DNA of 64,000 bases from an uncultured bacterium (lineage in GTDB: Bacteria; Patescibacteriota; Dojkabacteria; J137). Under the pieces are notes generated by a model that made no database searches, had not been told where the DNA came from, and was given only the letters and a program-made list of their open reading frames with translations. The stretch is from positions 317,511 to 381,510 of the forward strand of contig OY969472.1 in the NCBI GenBank assembly GCA_963700155.1. The letters are read 5' to 3'. Both the position numbers and the translations under genes were made by a program. This document shows, one piece after another, positions 39,048 through 50,658 of this stretch (position 1 is the first letter of the stretch; each line of letters begins with the position of its first letter).

Positions 39048-40487
39048 TTAAAGATTTAAAGCTTTTCTAATTTCTTCTTCAGCAACTTTTGGATTAACTT
39101 TTCCTTTTGAAAGTTTCATAACTTGACCAACAAGGAATTTGATAGCATTAGGGTTTTTTGAAATATCCGCAACAACTTTCTGATTTTCTTCAATTACTTG
39201 TTTTACAAAATTCTCAACCTCAGAAGAATCTGAAATTTGAATTAGATTTTGTGATTTAATAATCTCTTCAGCATTTCCGCCTTTTTCGAAAATCTGATCA
39301 ATTACATTTTTAGCAATAGTACCTGAGATTTTATTATCCTGAACAAGTTTTACCAAATGTATTAAATCATTTTCTGAAACAGGTGAATCGTTAATTGTCA
39401 TTTTTCGTTTCTCAAGATGTCCAGAAATATCTCCAACAATCCATTTTGCAATCTCTTTTTCAAGACCTTTTGATTCAGGATTTTCTAAAGCTTTATCTAA
39501 CCACATTCCTCTTGCATTATCTTCAACAAATACATCAGCTTGCTCACCTTCCAAACCTAAACTCATATATCTAGCTTTTCTTTCATTAGGAAGTTCTGGA
39601 AGTGAGGATTTTAAACTTGAAATTTGCTCATCAGAAATATGAATCGGGGGAATGTCCGGCTCAGGGAAATATCTATAGTCGTCTGACGACTCTTTTGACC
39701 TTTGAAACAAAGTTTCGCCGGACATTCCCTTTAAACCTCTTGTCTGAGTTGGAATCTCTTCACCTTTATCAAGCAAATTTTTCTGACGTTCAAATTCAAA
39801 ATTTATTACTTTTTCTAAAACTGAAATTGAACCAATATTCTTAACTTCAACCTTATAATCTGGAAGTTCTCCATTTGGCAGATTGTCAGGTTTTAAGCTC
39901 ATATTAAGTTCAAAACGCATCTGACCTTTCTGCATCTCAGCATCCGAAACATCTAAATACCTGACAATCTGCCTCAAACGCTTTGCGAACAAAATAACTT
40001 CTTCAATACTTTCAAAATCGGGATAAGTTACAATTTCCATTAGTGGAACTCCTGATTTATTATAATCCAGCAAAGTTTCATCTCCATTATGTAAAGATTT
40101 TCCGGTATCTTCTTCCAAATGAACTCTTTGAACTCTAATTCTTCTCGAATCTGAATCTACTTCAATTTCTACAAATCCTTCTTCTCCAATTGGTTGATCA
40201 TATTGAGAAATCTGATATCCTTTTGGCAAATCAGGATAGAAATAATTCTTTCTATCAAACTTAGTTTCCTGATTAATTCTACAATTTAAAGCTAAAGCAA
40301 ATTTAATTACTTTTTCAAAAGCAGTTTTGTTTGGAACTGGAATTGCACCAGGAAGTCCAAAGCAAACAGGGCAAACATTTAAATTAGCTTCTTTGCCAAA
40401 GTATTCTGCAGCACATCTACAAAACATTTTAGATTTAGTTTTTACCTGAACATGAATTTCAAGACCAATTACAGGAAGATATGTCAT
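39048..40487 (-). CDS. gatB: Asp/Glu-tRNA amidotransferase subunit B
   Basis: IGLEIHVQ, FDRKNYFYPDLPKGYQISQ, DYRYFPEPD. Confidence 0.97.
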   Translation of the reverse strand: MTYLPVIGLEIHVQVKTKSKMFCRCAAEYFGKEANLNVCPVCFGLPGAIPVPNKTAFEKVIKFALALNCRINQETKFDRKNYFYPDLPKGYQISQYDQPIGEEGFVEIEVDSDSRRIRVQRVHLEEDTGKSLHNGDETLLDYNKSGVPLMEIVTYPDFESIEEVILFAKRLRQIVRYLDVSDAEMQKGQMRFELNMSLKPDNLPNGELPDYKVEVKNIGSISVLEKVINFEFERQKNLLDKGEEIPTQTRGLKGMSGETLFQRSKESSDDYRYFPEPDIPPIHISDEQISSLKSSLPELPNERKARYMSLGLEGEQADVFVEDNARGMWLDKALENPESKGLEKEIAKWIVGDISGHLEKRKMTINDSPVSENDLIHLVKLVQDNKISGTIAKNVIDQIFEKGGNAEEIIKSQNLIQISDSSEVENFVKQVIEENQKVVADISKNPNAIKFLVGQVMKLSKGKVNPKVAEEEIRKALNL

Positions 40488-40543
40488 AAACCTTAATTAT
40501 TAATTAACACTGAATTATATGATAAATAAGCATTTTAATAAAT

Positions 40544-41329
40544 GTGACACAGCAAAAAAATTATTTTATACTCAATAACATTATAAACAATAATATGGAT
40601 AAACATTTTTCGGGAAAAGATATTAATTTAGATAATTATTGTCAAGCTGGTGAGGGTATAACTAGAATGTCTGACATCGAATCCAAATATGTTATAGCTT
40701 CGACAAGAGGTATTTTAAAAAAACATAAATCATTGGAATTAGCATTGTTAGACGACACTATTTCTGAGCTTGTCATATATGATTGTTTTTTAATTCTTTT
40801 TTCAATAAATTTTAATAACCAGGAAAATATTGGTTTGCCTATAATCCCATACTTTGATGAACCAGTTTACGATGAATTAGGAAGTCCACCATTCAGATAT
40901 TTCCATCGTTTTCTACCAGTCACTTCCCTTATTCGATTAATTGTAGATTTAGATAAGGATGAGAAGGGTCTTTTATTAGAATTACTTAAAGATTTTCTAA
41001 ATTTTACTTCAATTGGTAATTACGAAAATTTTGTCAAATTGTATTTTTCAAGTCACCATAAATATACTTTTGAAAATTATGAAGATACATTAAAAGCTTT
41101 TCGATCTTTTCTTGTCTGGTTTGATCTACAGCTTTATGACTTTTTATTAAAAAATAAAAACAAATCTAGTGAGAAATTTCATGAGATACAAATGTTTGTA
41201 AAAGAAATGATCGAAAAGCTTCCAGGAAGTATTGAGATTGATAATCTTCCACAAAATCCAATAGAACTTATACAAATATATAATTCAGATTTTTATAACT
41301 TAATCGCTGAAAAAGCAATCGAAATTTAA
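40544..41329 (+). CDS. Hypothetical protein (true start may be a downstream Met)
   Basis: Long ORF with no recognised motif. Confidence 0.6.
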   Translation: MTQQKNYFILNNIINNNMDKHFSGKDINLDNYCQAGEGITRMSDIESKYVIASTRGILKKHKSLELALLDDTISELVIYDCFLILFSINFNNQENIGLPIIPYFDEPVYDELGSPPFRYFHRFLPVTSLIRLIVDLDKDEKGLLLELLKDFLNFTSIGNYENFVKLYFSSHHKYTFENYEDTLKAFRSFLVWFDLQLYDFLLKNKNKSSEKFHEIQMFVKEMIEKLPGSIEIDNLPQNPIELIQIYNSDFYNLIAEKAIEI

Positions 41330-42076
41330 GAAGTCTTGTACACCTTCTGTCGGGCATACTGCGTCCTGCCTTCTTGCTAAAAATCCCTCGACAGGAGATT
41401 TAACAACTTCATCTAGCGGATATAAGGGTTTGTTAACTGTACTTGTTAAATCCCAGAAGCCAAAAATTACTAAATAAAGAGGAATCATACATAGGCAAAG
41501 TAAGAGGATTTTTGAAATGTTAGATTTCAAAAATCCTTTTGTATTATTTCCTAATTCTTTTGCTTTATCTAAAACCGTATTAACATCTTCTTTTATTAAA
41601 GGTGAAAGCCATAAAGATAATCCAATTCCAAAAACAGATCCTGTCATAAACCTTGTGAAATTAGTACTTACATATAAAGGCATTCCGAGGAGGGCTCCAG
41701 AAGATGAGATATTGAACATCGTGAATATTGTCTGGAGCCCTCCATCCAAAGCTATGGGAACCATAAACGGAAGAACCCAGTACCACTTTATTCCTTTAAT
41801 TTTATTAAACTTTAATAATATTGCCGTAATCCAAATTCCTAGCCAGATTCCAGTATCTCTTGAACACCATGCAAATTGATAGTCAAATAAGTCAAAAGAA
41901 CGATAAGCTATTTGGTGACAAAAAAAACTGTAGATAAAATAAATTACTTTAGCAGGACCTTCCAAACCTAGTTTTAATAATACTGGAGCTAAAACCGGAA
42001 GACTAACTAAGATCGTTAGTCCAGTTAAATAAACATTGTAAAAATTTTTTAAGAAATTTCTAAGTTTTATGATCAT
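41300..42076 (-). CDS. DUF2085-family membrane protein
   Basis: YSFFCHQ...RSF...CSRDTGIW, PIALDG. Confidence 0.85.
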   Translation of the reverse strand: MIIKLRNFLKNFYNVYLTGLTILVSLPVLAPVLLKLGLEGPAKVIYFIYSFFCHQIAYRSFDLFDYQFAWCSRDTGIWLGIWITAILLKFNKIKGIKWYWVLPFMVPIALDGGLQTIFTMFNISSSGALLGMPLYVSTNFTRFMTGSVFGIGLSLWLSPLIKEDVNTVLDKAKELGNNTKGFLKSNISKILLLCLCMIPLYLVIFGFWDLTSTVNKPLYPLDEVVKSPVEGFLARRQDAVCPTEGVQDFLNFDCFFSD

Positions 42077-42483
42077 ATATCAGCTTTAATCCAGCCTAAT
42101 AAAATAAAATCTCTTCTAGCATATCCTGCAAGATCAATATTATCTAAATTTTCTTTTTTAAACCATCTTATTCCATTACACTTATCCTGCTCCATAATTT
42201 TAGGAGAACCTTCAACTTTTCCTTTGTAAATATTAACTTCCCATTGAACTCCATTGAAAATCGGCTCAATATTCATTAGTAATTCAAAGTCGGATAGTTC
42301 AACGCCTAACTCTTCTTTAACTTCTCTTCTTAAAGCTGACTCAGGATTTTCATCAATTTCAATTTTTCCTCCGCAGTTTTCCCATTTTAAACTTTCAGAT
42401 TCTTCACTTTCACTTCTTTGCATCAAAAGCACTTCATCGTTATCGTTTTCAATAATTACAGTTACTGCTCTTTTTTCAGTCAT
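42073..42483 (-). CDS. NUDIX hydrolase
   Basis: GGKIE..ENPESALRREVKEELG Nudix box. Confidence 0.92.
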   Translation of the reverse strand: MTEKRAVTVIIENDNDEVLLMQRSESEESESLKWENCGGKIEIDENPESALRREVKEELGVELSDFELLMNIEPIFNGVQWEVNIYKGKVEGSPKIMEQDKCNGIRWFKKENLDNIDLAGYARRDFILLGWIKADI

Positions 42484-42544
42484 GAATTTTTTATAAAAGA
42501 ATATGAAGTATTTTACTAAATAATTTAAGTATTGAAAGTATTTC

Positions 42545-43039
42545 TTAGTTATTTTCTAGAGGTTTGAGATAAACTTTTGCATTATATGTTTTGCTTATTA
42601 TTTTAAGATGCTCTTCTATACTACTCAATCCCATTTTTAATCTTAAATCATTCAAGTGTTGTATGTCTTCAACAGGTTGTAAAACAAGATAGTCTCCAAA
42701 GTCTCTAAATTGAGTTCCAAACCTCTGAGATTTTCCTTCAGCAACTAGGATTCTATCTGTTAAGTATGCAATATCATGTTTTGAGACCTCATTATTCTTT
42801 AATTCATTCATTAATTTTAGGCAATATTTTTGAAAATCAATATCTTTATCAGAATGCTGAGCAATCAACCAAGCATTACTTGAAGTCTTTCTCCCAAATT
42901 TATTAATGCTAATCCAACCATAATTTTTTATAAGTTCTTTTAATTTTTTAGTGTTATCTTTATCTATCTTATCAATTAACTTCCAGTTATATTCCCCATG
43001 TTCATTTCCTTTTCGAGCTGATTGATCAAGTTCTACCAT
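42545..43039 (-). CDS. DUF6624-like protein
   Basis: AWLIAQH, AYLTDR, QRFGTQ. Confidence 0.75.
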   Translation of the reverse strand: MVELDQSARKGNEHGEYNWKLIDKIDKDNTKKLKELIKNYGWISINKFGRKTSSNAWLIAQHSDKDIDFQKYCLKLMNELKNNEVSKHDIAYLTDRILVAEGKSQRFGTQFRDFGDYLVLQPVEDIQHLNDLRLKMGLSSIEEHLKIISKTYNAKVYLKPLENN

Positions 43040-43118
43040 TTTGGCAAGTTGTTTCTTTATTTCATTTATACTTAAATTCTTATAACCATAAAATAATTAT
43101 TAACATTTGAATTAAAAA

Positions 43119-44075
43119 TTATACTCTAAAAATATCTGCGATAATTTCCTCAAGTGGAGTTGAAACAATGTCAATATCGACTAAACTATACTTAGAAGTT
43201 TTTTCTGATATAAATTTTGGCATTTCTTCTCTACTCATCTTAAATAGATAGAAATTTTTACCTTCTTCAATGATTTCAGCTGAAAATTCATTTCTTAATG
43301 GTTTATTTTCAAATATTAGTTTAATAAATTTAGTTTTATTGTACTTATCTGTTAAATATTTTATTGAATTATCATATACTTTCTTCCCTTTATTAATAAC
43401 AATTACTCTATCACATACTTTTTCGATATCATCCATATCATGACTTGTTAAAAGCATAGTAACTTGATATTTTCTCTGTATTTCTCTTAAAAAGAGACGC
43501 ATTTTTTGTTTTGAAATTATATCTAACCCAATAGTTGGTTCATCTAAAAATAAAACCTTAGGATTATGTAAAATTGCTCCAATAACTTCCATTTTCATTC
43601 TTTCACCTAGAGATAATCTTCGTACTTGAGTATTTAGAAATCTTGAAGTATCTAGTAAATTTGTTAACTCATTTAATCTAACTTCAAAATCTTCTTTTGG
43701 AATTTTGTAGATCTGTCTTAGAAGTTCAAAGCTTTGTTTAGGGGTTAAATCCCAATTCAACCCAGCTTTATTTCCCATAACTAGACCTATTTGCATTAAA
43801 TATTCTTTTTCTCTTTTGAAAGGCACAAAACCAAGAACTGAGACTTCACCTGAAGTTGGATAAATCAAACCGGTCAGCATCTTTATTGTTGTGGTTTTTC
43901 CAGCTCCATTAGGGCCAAGAAATGCTACTGATTCTCCTTTTTTAATTTTAAAAGAGATTGAATCTACTGCTCTGACTTTTTCAAAATCTGGTTTAAATAA
44001 GTCTTTCCAGAAAGATCTCTTTATTACTCTCTTAAATTCTTTAGTAAGATTTGAAACTTGAATTATATTTTCCAT
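43119..44075 (-). CDS. ABC transporter ATP-binding protein
   Basis: GPNGAGKTT, LSLGERM, LDEPTIGLD, SHDM. Confidence 0.95.
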   Translation of the reverse strand: MENIIQVSNLTKEFKRVIKRSFWKDLFKPDFEKVRAVDSISFKIKKGESVAFLGPNGAGKTTTIKMLTGLIYPTSGEVSVLGFVPFKREKEYLMQIGLVMGNKAGLNWDLTPKQSFELLRQIYKIPKEDFEVRLNELTNLLDTSRFLNTQVRRLSLGERMKMEVIGAILHNPKVLFLDEPTIGLDIISKQKMRLFLREIQRKYQVTMLLTSHDMDDIEKVCDRVIVINKGKKVYDNSIKYLTDKYNKTKFIKLIFENKPLRNEFSAEIIEEGKNFYLFKMSREEMPKFISEKTSKYSLVDIDIVSTPLEEIIADIFRV

Positions 44076-44098
44076 ATAAAAAAATTAAAAGTTAAAGT

Positions 44099-44917
44099 TT
44101 AGCTGCTAGCTGATGTATAGTTTTTTAAGGCAAGCTTCCAGGCAAAGACTTTTACCCTTAAAAATATTACACATACTATTGCTGTTAATATTAAAAATGG
44201 TATTCCTGGAAGCTTGCCCAACATAACAGATACACTTACTCCAACAGATATAAGTAAAGGAATAAAAGTTATAAAAACAGATTGAAATGTTTTACTAAAA
44301 TTGAATCCTTCAAAAGGTATCTGTTGAATGAATTCAAAATCGAAAGATAAAACTAAATCCAGAATAGAAGAGCTTTCTCCAAGCCAGAAAACCGGTAATG
44401 CTGCTACAAAGTGAACTACATGGGAGATCAGGAATCCAAATACAAAAATCATGAATCCTAAACATACATTATACAAATTTAGATTTAGATTACTCCATTG
44501 TATTGAAATAATGATTGCTAGTACTCCTATGAAAAAATCACGAGTAATGCTAAAAATATCTATTGTTTTCGTAGAAACATAAAATAAGGAAGGTACCGGT
44601 TTTGATAAAATTAAATCAATCTCACCAGAATTAACTTCAGCTATTAAGTCTTGGATATTTCTTATGCTAAACATCCAAGTAAAGATAAATATTAATTGAG
44701 CGATAAAAATAAAAAAAAGCATTTCATCTTTATCGTAACCAGCTATGGTTTTTACATTAGAATATAAAATGTTAATAAATAAAACAGTCACTATCATATA
44801 GACCGTTGCAGAAAGAATATTTCCCCAGTTATTGAAGGCGTAGGCATAGTCTCTTTGGAATGTATTTATTATAGATACTTTGATTAAAACAAGTCTTTCA
44901 GTTAAATAATTTTTCAT
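44099..44917 (-). CDS. ABC-2 family permease
   Basis: GEIDLILSKPV, C-terminal YTSASS. Confidence 0.85.
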   Translation of the reverse strand: MKNYLTERLVLIKVSIINTFQRDYAYAFNNWGNILSATVYMIVTVLFINILYSNVKTIAGYDKDEMLFFIFIAQLIFIFTWMFSIRNIQDLIAEVNSGEIDLILSKPVPSLFYVSTKTIDIFSITRDFFIGVLAIIISIQWSNLNLNLYNVCLGFMIFVFGFLISHVVHFVAALPVFWLGESSSILDLVLSFDFEFIQQIPFEGFNFSKTFQSVFITFIPLLISVGVSVSVMLGKLPGIPFLILTAIVCVIFLRVKVFAWKLALKNYTSASS

Positions 44918-44935
44918 AAAGAATTTATATTAAAA

Positions 44936-45717
44936 TTAAATCCCAATAGCTTCATATTTTTTTAAAGCCTTTTTCCAAAATAATGTGACTACAATATTAA
45001 GAAATATTGCCCAAAAGAATGAAATAAGCAATAAATTAAAAGTTTCACTTGTGAAATCTTGTAATTTTAATGCATTAGTAGGCGCAGAAATCATAGCTGG
45101 GAATGGTGATAAATTTACTATATTTCTTAAACCTTCTGGGAAAAATGTGAGTGGAACAACTAGCCCAGATAGAACTCTTGTTATATGATGTAGAGAATTT
45201 TTTATTCCAGAAACTTCTGTAAATACAAATGAAATTGCTCCTTCAAAAAGGTTATAAGCAAAAGCAATGAAGAAGGCACTGAAAAAAAATAACGGGAATA
45301 AAATAATTCCATAAATGGTTATTCCCTTGTTAATAATTATTCCTATAATAATACTACCTATAGCCCAGAACATTGCAACCCCTCTTTCTCCAAGTGTTGT
45401 GAAATAAAGATATGATATTAATTCTACAGGGCGAATTAGAACTTGATTAATACTCCCTCTCTTCACAGCCCTTCTTATTGTTCTTCCAAAGTTTGTATTA
45501 TCTGCCATTAAAAGTTCGCCAACTCCTTGTGCAATCAAGAAATAAGAAATAATGTCAGTAATATTTATTGTATTATTCGAAGCTTCAGAAATTAATGACC
45601 AAAAAACTACTAAAAAACTTAACATTAAAATTCTTTTAAGAATCATACTTACAACCTCTAATGGATAAGTAAGAAAACGAAAAAATTAAATTTTATTAGA
45701 AATAGATAAATAGCCAT
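44936..45717 (-). CDS. ABC-2 family permease (N-terminus restored across a 1-nt homopolymer indel near 45683)
   Basis: GSINQVLIRPV, SGLVVPLTFFP, YEAIGI; upstream ATG at 45717. Confidence 0.8.
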
Positions 45718-45874
45718 AAAAAATATGGGGTTAAATAGAAAAATTACCTCTTAAAGATCAAATAATTTTTAAAACGTGAATCAGCCCTTTGGGAAATGTA
45801 AGTGGAAGCAATTGTATACTAAAACAAAAGATAATGCAATGTTTTTTAATACAAAATATATTGAATAGTAATAT

Positions 45875-46133
45875 CTATCTAGCCCTATTTTGGAACCATT
45901 GAATGAAATAATAAACACCAGGAGTTAAGATTGCTCCAATTATTATTGTGTCCAGAACTTTTAATACAAAATTTGAGAGTCCAACTGTATCACCGAAATT
46001 AAAAGGAAATCCATAAATTACACTTCCAGGAAACAACGTTAAGAAACTGAAAGTTTAGAATTGCAGCAATAATTAATGCTACAATTCCAGAAAATATCCA
46101 ATATTGTTTTTTTGCAGGATCTATTGAGTCCAT
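45875..46133 (-). CDS. Small 2-TM membrane protein absent from the ORF track (one extra A near 46056)
   Basis: Repaired translation MDSIDPAKKQYWIFSGIVALIIAAILTFSFLTLFPG...YYFIQWFQNRAR*. Confidence 0.55.
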
Positions 46134-46154
46134 ACTTAATTTTAATAATATGAA

Positions 46155-47454
46155 TTAAAATATCAAATTTTTAAGTTCACTCCAAGTTTGAGTCGCCGTT
46201 TTATCCCAATTATACTCTTTTGCAACTAATCTCCCTTTCTCAATATAACTCTTTTTTAAATTATCATCTTCTAAGAAATTTTTAATACTTCGTATGGCAC
46301 CATCCAAATTTTTTAAATTTATCAAAAAAGCTCCACCTTTTGTTACTTCTGGAGTACAGGAAGTATCAGATGCAATCGCAGGGATTCCTGCAGCCATTGC
46401 CTGGACTGGTCCGAAGTGAAATCCTTCATAGGTAGAAAGATTTATATAAGCTGCTGAATTGAACAAAAGATATTTAAGATCCTTATCAGAAATTTTGTCC
46501 GTAGTGATTATATTTTCTGAAATATTTAGTCCCTGAGCTTTTGACAAAAATTGTCTTGACTTGCGGGGATTTTGGTAGAATAGATTTTCCTATTCCTCTG
46601 CCAAAATCCCCTCCTGTAATTACTAAAAAATCTGGAATTCTACTCCCATTCTGTAATTTAGCAAAGACTTCTAATAATTCATCAGTATTTTTATTATCTT
46701 CTAACCCTGAATCATAAAAGAAATATTTTTTATCTTGGACTTGATATTGCCCTAACACAGTTCTCGATTCACCCTGGTCAAAATCGAAATTTTTCTTATA
46801 AAATGTATCATCAATCCCTAAATATATTGATTTAACTTTTTCACCAGGTGTTCCTACATATTTTTCGATATCTAGTTTCGAAAAATTACTACATGTCAAA
46901 ACCAGGTCTGCGAGCTCGACACCTTTTATTAATTTTTTATAAAACCACTTTTTTACAACGTTTTGGATAAAACCTTTTTTTGAGAATTTAAAATCTGGAA
47001 TCGCAATGGGAATTGCATCAGGATAAAAAACTGCAGTCTTTGGTGAGTTACTAATTCTTCCAGCAAAGATTGGGGCGGTTGGTAAACCACGTTCAAAATG
47101 TAAAGCATAGAAGATATCAGGTTTTATATCTTCCAAAGCCTTCTTATACCAACCGCCCCATCTTAAAATATTCAATATTCCAGATGGTTTAGGATCTCCA
47201 AATGAATAAAATTCTATTTCATTTATTAATCTATTAATCTCTAACTGAGTAAATTCAAGCTGAACCAAATTTAATTCTAAATTGCAAAACCCTACTAAGT
47301 GAAGTTCAAAATCTTTATTATCTATAATGATTGGGATTAGTCTTTTTACGATTTCTCGACCTGTTCTTCCAATTCCTCTTCTTGAATATTGATCAAATAA
47401 GAAAGTTATATCTATCAAAATCTTCTTTCTCTCAGATGTTTTATTTGCGTTCAT
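46155..47454 (-). CDS. GT4-family glycosyltransferase (split by a frameshift near 46556)
   Basis: RGIGR, SNFSKLDI, STYEGF..GPVQAMAAGIP, YNWDKTA. Confidence 0.88.
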
Positions 47455-47461
47455 AAAAAAT

Positions 47462-49684
47462 TTATTTACTGCTTAACTTATCCCAAGGGATAGAATTAAC
47501 AAGGCCAGTTAACCAATCAAGACTTTTATCATAATTATCTACTGAGATAATACCATTTTTATACGTTAGAACTTTATCTCTATCTAGTACAAAATCAATT
47601 GAATACTGTTGTCCCCCTTGATTAATATTTATTGTATATTTCTCTCCCCAAGATTTTCCGGGGTGTTTTTGAATTAGAAGTGTATATTTTTTATCAGATT
47701 TATAATTTATAGAATCTGGCAAATCATAGCTTACATTCATTTCCTGTCTTAAGATCGGGTCTGATTCTTGAAATCTTCGATGATCAAACTGTACTATATT
47801 GTCACTAACTTCTTTATTCATAATTGAATCATAATATTCCTGTGGATAATAACCAACATATCCAGAGGCTGTGTATCCATCTGAATTGAAATTCGTAGTT
47901 CCAACTGGAGTCATAAATCTTACCCAGGCTCTATAGCTAAATGAAGTTGATGGTGAATATTGTTTTTCCAAACCAGGTTCATATACTTTTGTTTGAAGCC
48001 ATTTTACGTTAACAGCATCATTTATATTGCCATTGTCTTGGATTGTTACATTTTGTGTAACTTCGTCTCTAATCCATTTATTTAATTTTAATGAACAATT
48101 TTGTGCTTCATTCATATGGAAATAATCACCACCGCTATAATCAGTTGCAAATCTTCCAGACATTCCATAAGTATCTAAATACTTTTGAGTATCAGCGCTG
48201 AAAGGTGCTTCAATTGCTAAATCTCTTCTTTGGAACGATTGAATTATTGTACTTAGGATGTCAGGAAATTTTTCAACAGGTAGGTTGAAAAATTTCTTTT
48301 TAGCAGCATTAGCAATATCTTTAATAATCTCTTTTCTCTGATCATTTGGTAGATTTTGGTCTGTTTCTCCTTTAATAAAATCATATAAATTTTCTGCTGT
48401 AACAGTCCCATAACCTTCTACTTCTAGTGGTTGGATTAAATTTATTAAATTTGTTGCAAAAGTCTCATCAAGAAATAAAATATAATCATATTCGGGATAC
48501 TTATCTGGGTAGACAGGTTGAACAATATTATAGTAATCAACAAGCATACTTCCTATTTGGTGTAAATCTGGATAAATTCCTGCATCTTGAACTCTTAATT
48601 CAGTTCCTCCACATCCTAGATTCATTAAAACATTCTGCCCATAAATATTACTATATGGCATTGGTCGACCAACTCCCCATAAATCATATTGAAAGTTCCA
48701 CATATCTGTTAAAAAGATATCTTCACCTAAAGTACCTTTATCAATATTCATAAATCCATAAGCTGTTAATAAACCTCCTGAGGATCTCATCTCGGTTTCA
48801 TTTTGAAGTATTAATAAATATTTCGCAGGTTTGTTTGCTCCAACTAAGTCAGGAACGTATTTTAAGAAATTTGTGGTTTGAGCTGAAATTGTCGGGAATT
48901 CATCTATAAAATCATAACTAGATTGGATTGAATCTTTTAAATTATATCCTGCTATATTTGGAACATAATTTAAATCAATTTTCTTAACATCTTTTAGAAT
49001 ATCTTCTATTTGAGGTTCAATATTATTATAAAGTTTTAAATAACTAGGAAGCTGTTGCAGAATTAATGTCACTGCTCCTTCTTCTTCACCTTTTTTAGGA
49101 ATTACTTCATTTTGATCAACTTTAAATCCAGTTAATTTAAGTACATCTTTTAAATCCGGAAGAGTTGTTTGTATAACATTACTAGTTTTATGAAGTATTC
49201 CTCTGGCAACCTGGAAGTTTTCATAATATCCTTTTGTAGCATCCATAGAAGCTAAGAAATCATACCTACTTAATTCGCCATCTATATTATTTAAATCTGT
49301 CTCAATATTATTAAAATATGAGTCAATATTTGATAAATCTTTTCCATTAAAGTCATTAAGAATCGAAGCACCATTAGCCTTAATATCATCAACATAACCA
49401 AGGATTCTTTGAGCAGGAACAACTACAAAAAAATAACCTAAGCCACCAACTATCAATAGTATTGCAATTATTAACAATACAAAAATTCTTAATATTTTCT
49501 TCTTTTTCTTACTTTTATCTGAAACTATTGGGTTATCTACATTAACAACAGTTGTGGGTTTTTCGACTTGGTTTTCATTTTTTACTTCCGAATCTTGGAA
49601 TAAAACCCCGTCCGATTGACTGGATTCTTCTAATTTTTCTTTTTTAAAATTTAAATTTCTACTTTTCACCAAAATTAAATACAA
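47462..49684 (-). CDS. DUF4012-domain membrane-anchored protein
   Basis: YLLILQNETEMRSSGG, LLIQKHPG. Confidence 0.8.
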   Translation of the reverse strand: MYLILVKSRNLNFKKEKLEESSQSDGVLFQDSEVKNENQVEKPTTVVNVDNPIVSDKSKKKKKILRIFVLLIIAILLIVGGLGYFFVVVPAQRILGYVDDIKANGASILNDFNGKDLSNIDSYFNNIETDLNNIDGELSRYDFLASMDATKGYYENFQVARGILHKTSNVIQTTLPDLKDVLKLTGFKVDQNEVIPKKGEEEGAVTLILQQLPSYLKLYNNIEPQIEDILKDVKKIDLNYVPNIAGYNLKDSIQSSYDFIDEFPTISAQTTNFLKYVPDLVGANKPAKYLLILQNETEMRSSGGLLTAYGFMNIDKGTLGEDIFLTDMWNFQYDLWGVGRPMPYSNIYGQNVLMNLGCGGTELRVQDAGIYPDLHQIGSMLVDYYNIVQPVYPDKYPEYDYILFLDETFATNLINLIQPLEVEGYGTVTAENLYDFIKGETDQNLPNDQRKEIIKDIANAAKKKFFNLPVEKFPDILSTIIQSFQRRDLAIEAPFSADTQKYLDTYGMSGRFATDYSGGDYFHMNEAQNCSLKLNKWIRDEVTQNVTIQDNGNINDAVNVKWLQTKVYEPGLEKQYSPSTSFSYRAWVRFMTPVGTTNFNSDGYTASGYVGYYPQEYYDSIMNKEVSDNIVQFDHRRFQESDPILRQEMNVSYDLPDSINYKSDKKYTLLIQKHPGKSWGEKYTININQGGQQYSIDFVLDRDKVLTYKNGIISVDNYDKSLDWLTGLVNSIPWDKLSSK

Positions 49685-49773
49685 AATATTACGGCTTAAA
49701 CAGTATACCAGAGGTTAAGTCTTATTATTACTAAAACTTGTGATTTACTCTCCCTTATCTATATAATATATTT

Positions 49774-50658
49774 ATGAACTTAAGAAATGAAGTAGAATTT
49801 TATCGGACAAATAAATTAAGGTTAGGTAGAGATATTTTTCTTTCTATACTAATCTTAGGATTTTTCCTAATTGGATTTTGGGCAGCAACATATTTTTCGA
49901 ACCAAATAGATACAAGTTTAAAAAATGCTTCAGCTACAATAACTCCAAGGTATTGGTATATTCAAAAAGTTACTCCTGATAAAAATAATAAATTTACTTT
50001 AGCAGTACAAAGTAGTATTGGTAATGTTAGAAATTATGAAAATATTATTTCTTATGGGCTTTCTCAAAGCGGAAGATACCTTGCACTGCATAATATTGAG
50101 GGTATTTATATAATTGATTTAGAAGATGAAAGTAGAAAAACTGTTGCTGCCCCTGTTGATAAATTTTTCGGAGATATTGGTGAAGTTTTTAGTTGGAATA
50201 ACGATGATGAATATTTTGCTTTACCTGTAGTCGTGCAAAGTCCAAAACAACATACAGAAGTATGGATTTATAAGAAAGATGGAACACTCTATTCAACAAT
50301 AACCGCAGATATTCCAGTTAGTGAATCCGGAAAGAGCATTGTTGAGCCAGTATATTTTTCAAAGAAAGACAATATACTACTGATTAGAACATATAAAACT
50401 GATGACCTTTCTTTTGTCCAAGACAGTAGTAAAAAATATTCGCTTTATGACCTTCCAATTTATCTAGATACCTATAATTTAGAAGGTAAAATGATTGAAG
50501 AGTTTAACGTTAGAGATTATGATACTACTGGAACTAATATTATCTATTTTTGGAATCAAACAGCAGACTATATCGAATATTACATCTATAAAAATACACC
50601 ACCAGATATAACAAAAGATTATCTATTTACAAAACAAGTAGCCGACAATGGAAGATAA
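49774..50658 (+). CDS. Membrane-anchored beta-propeller-like protein
   Basis: TM; LSQSGRYLA and FSWNNDDEYFA blade-like repeats. Confidence 0.6.
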   Translation: MNLRNEVEFYRTNKLRLGRDIFLSILILGFFLIGFWAATYFSNQIDTSLKNASATITPRYWYIQKVTPDKNNKFTLAVQSSIGNVRNYENIISYGLSQSGRYLALHNIEGIYIIDLEDESRKTVAAPVDKFFGDIGEVFSWNNDDEYFALPVVVQSPKQHTEVWIYKKDGTLYSTITADIPVSESGKSIVEPVYFSKKDNILLIRTYKTDDLSFVQDSSKKYSLYDLPIYLDTYNLEGKMIEEFNVRDYDTTGTNIIYFWNQTADYIEYYIYKNTPPDITKDYLFTKQVADNGR

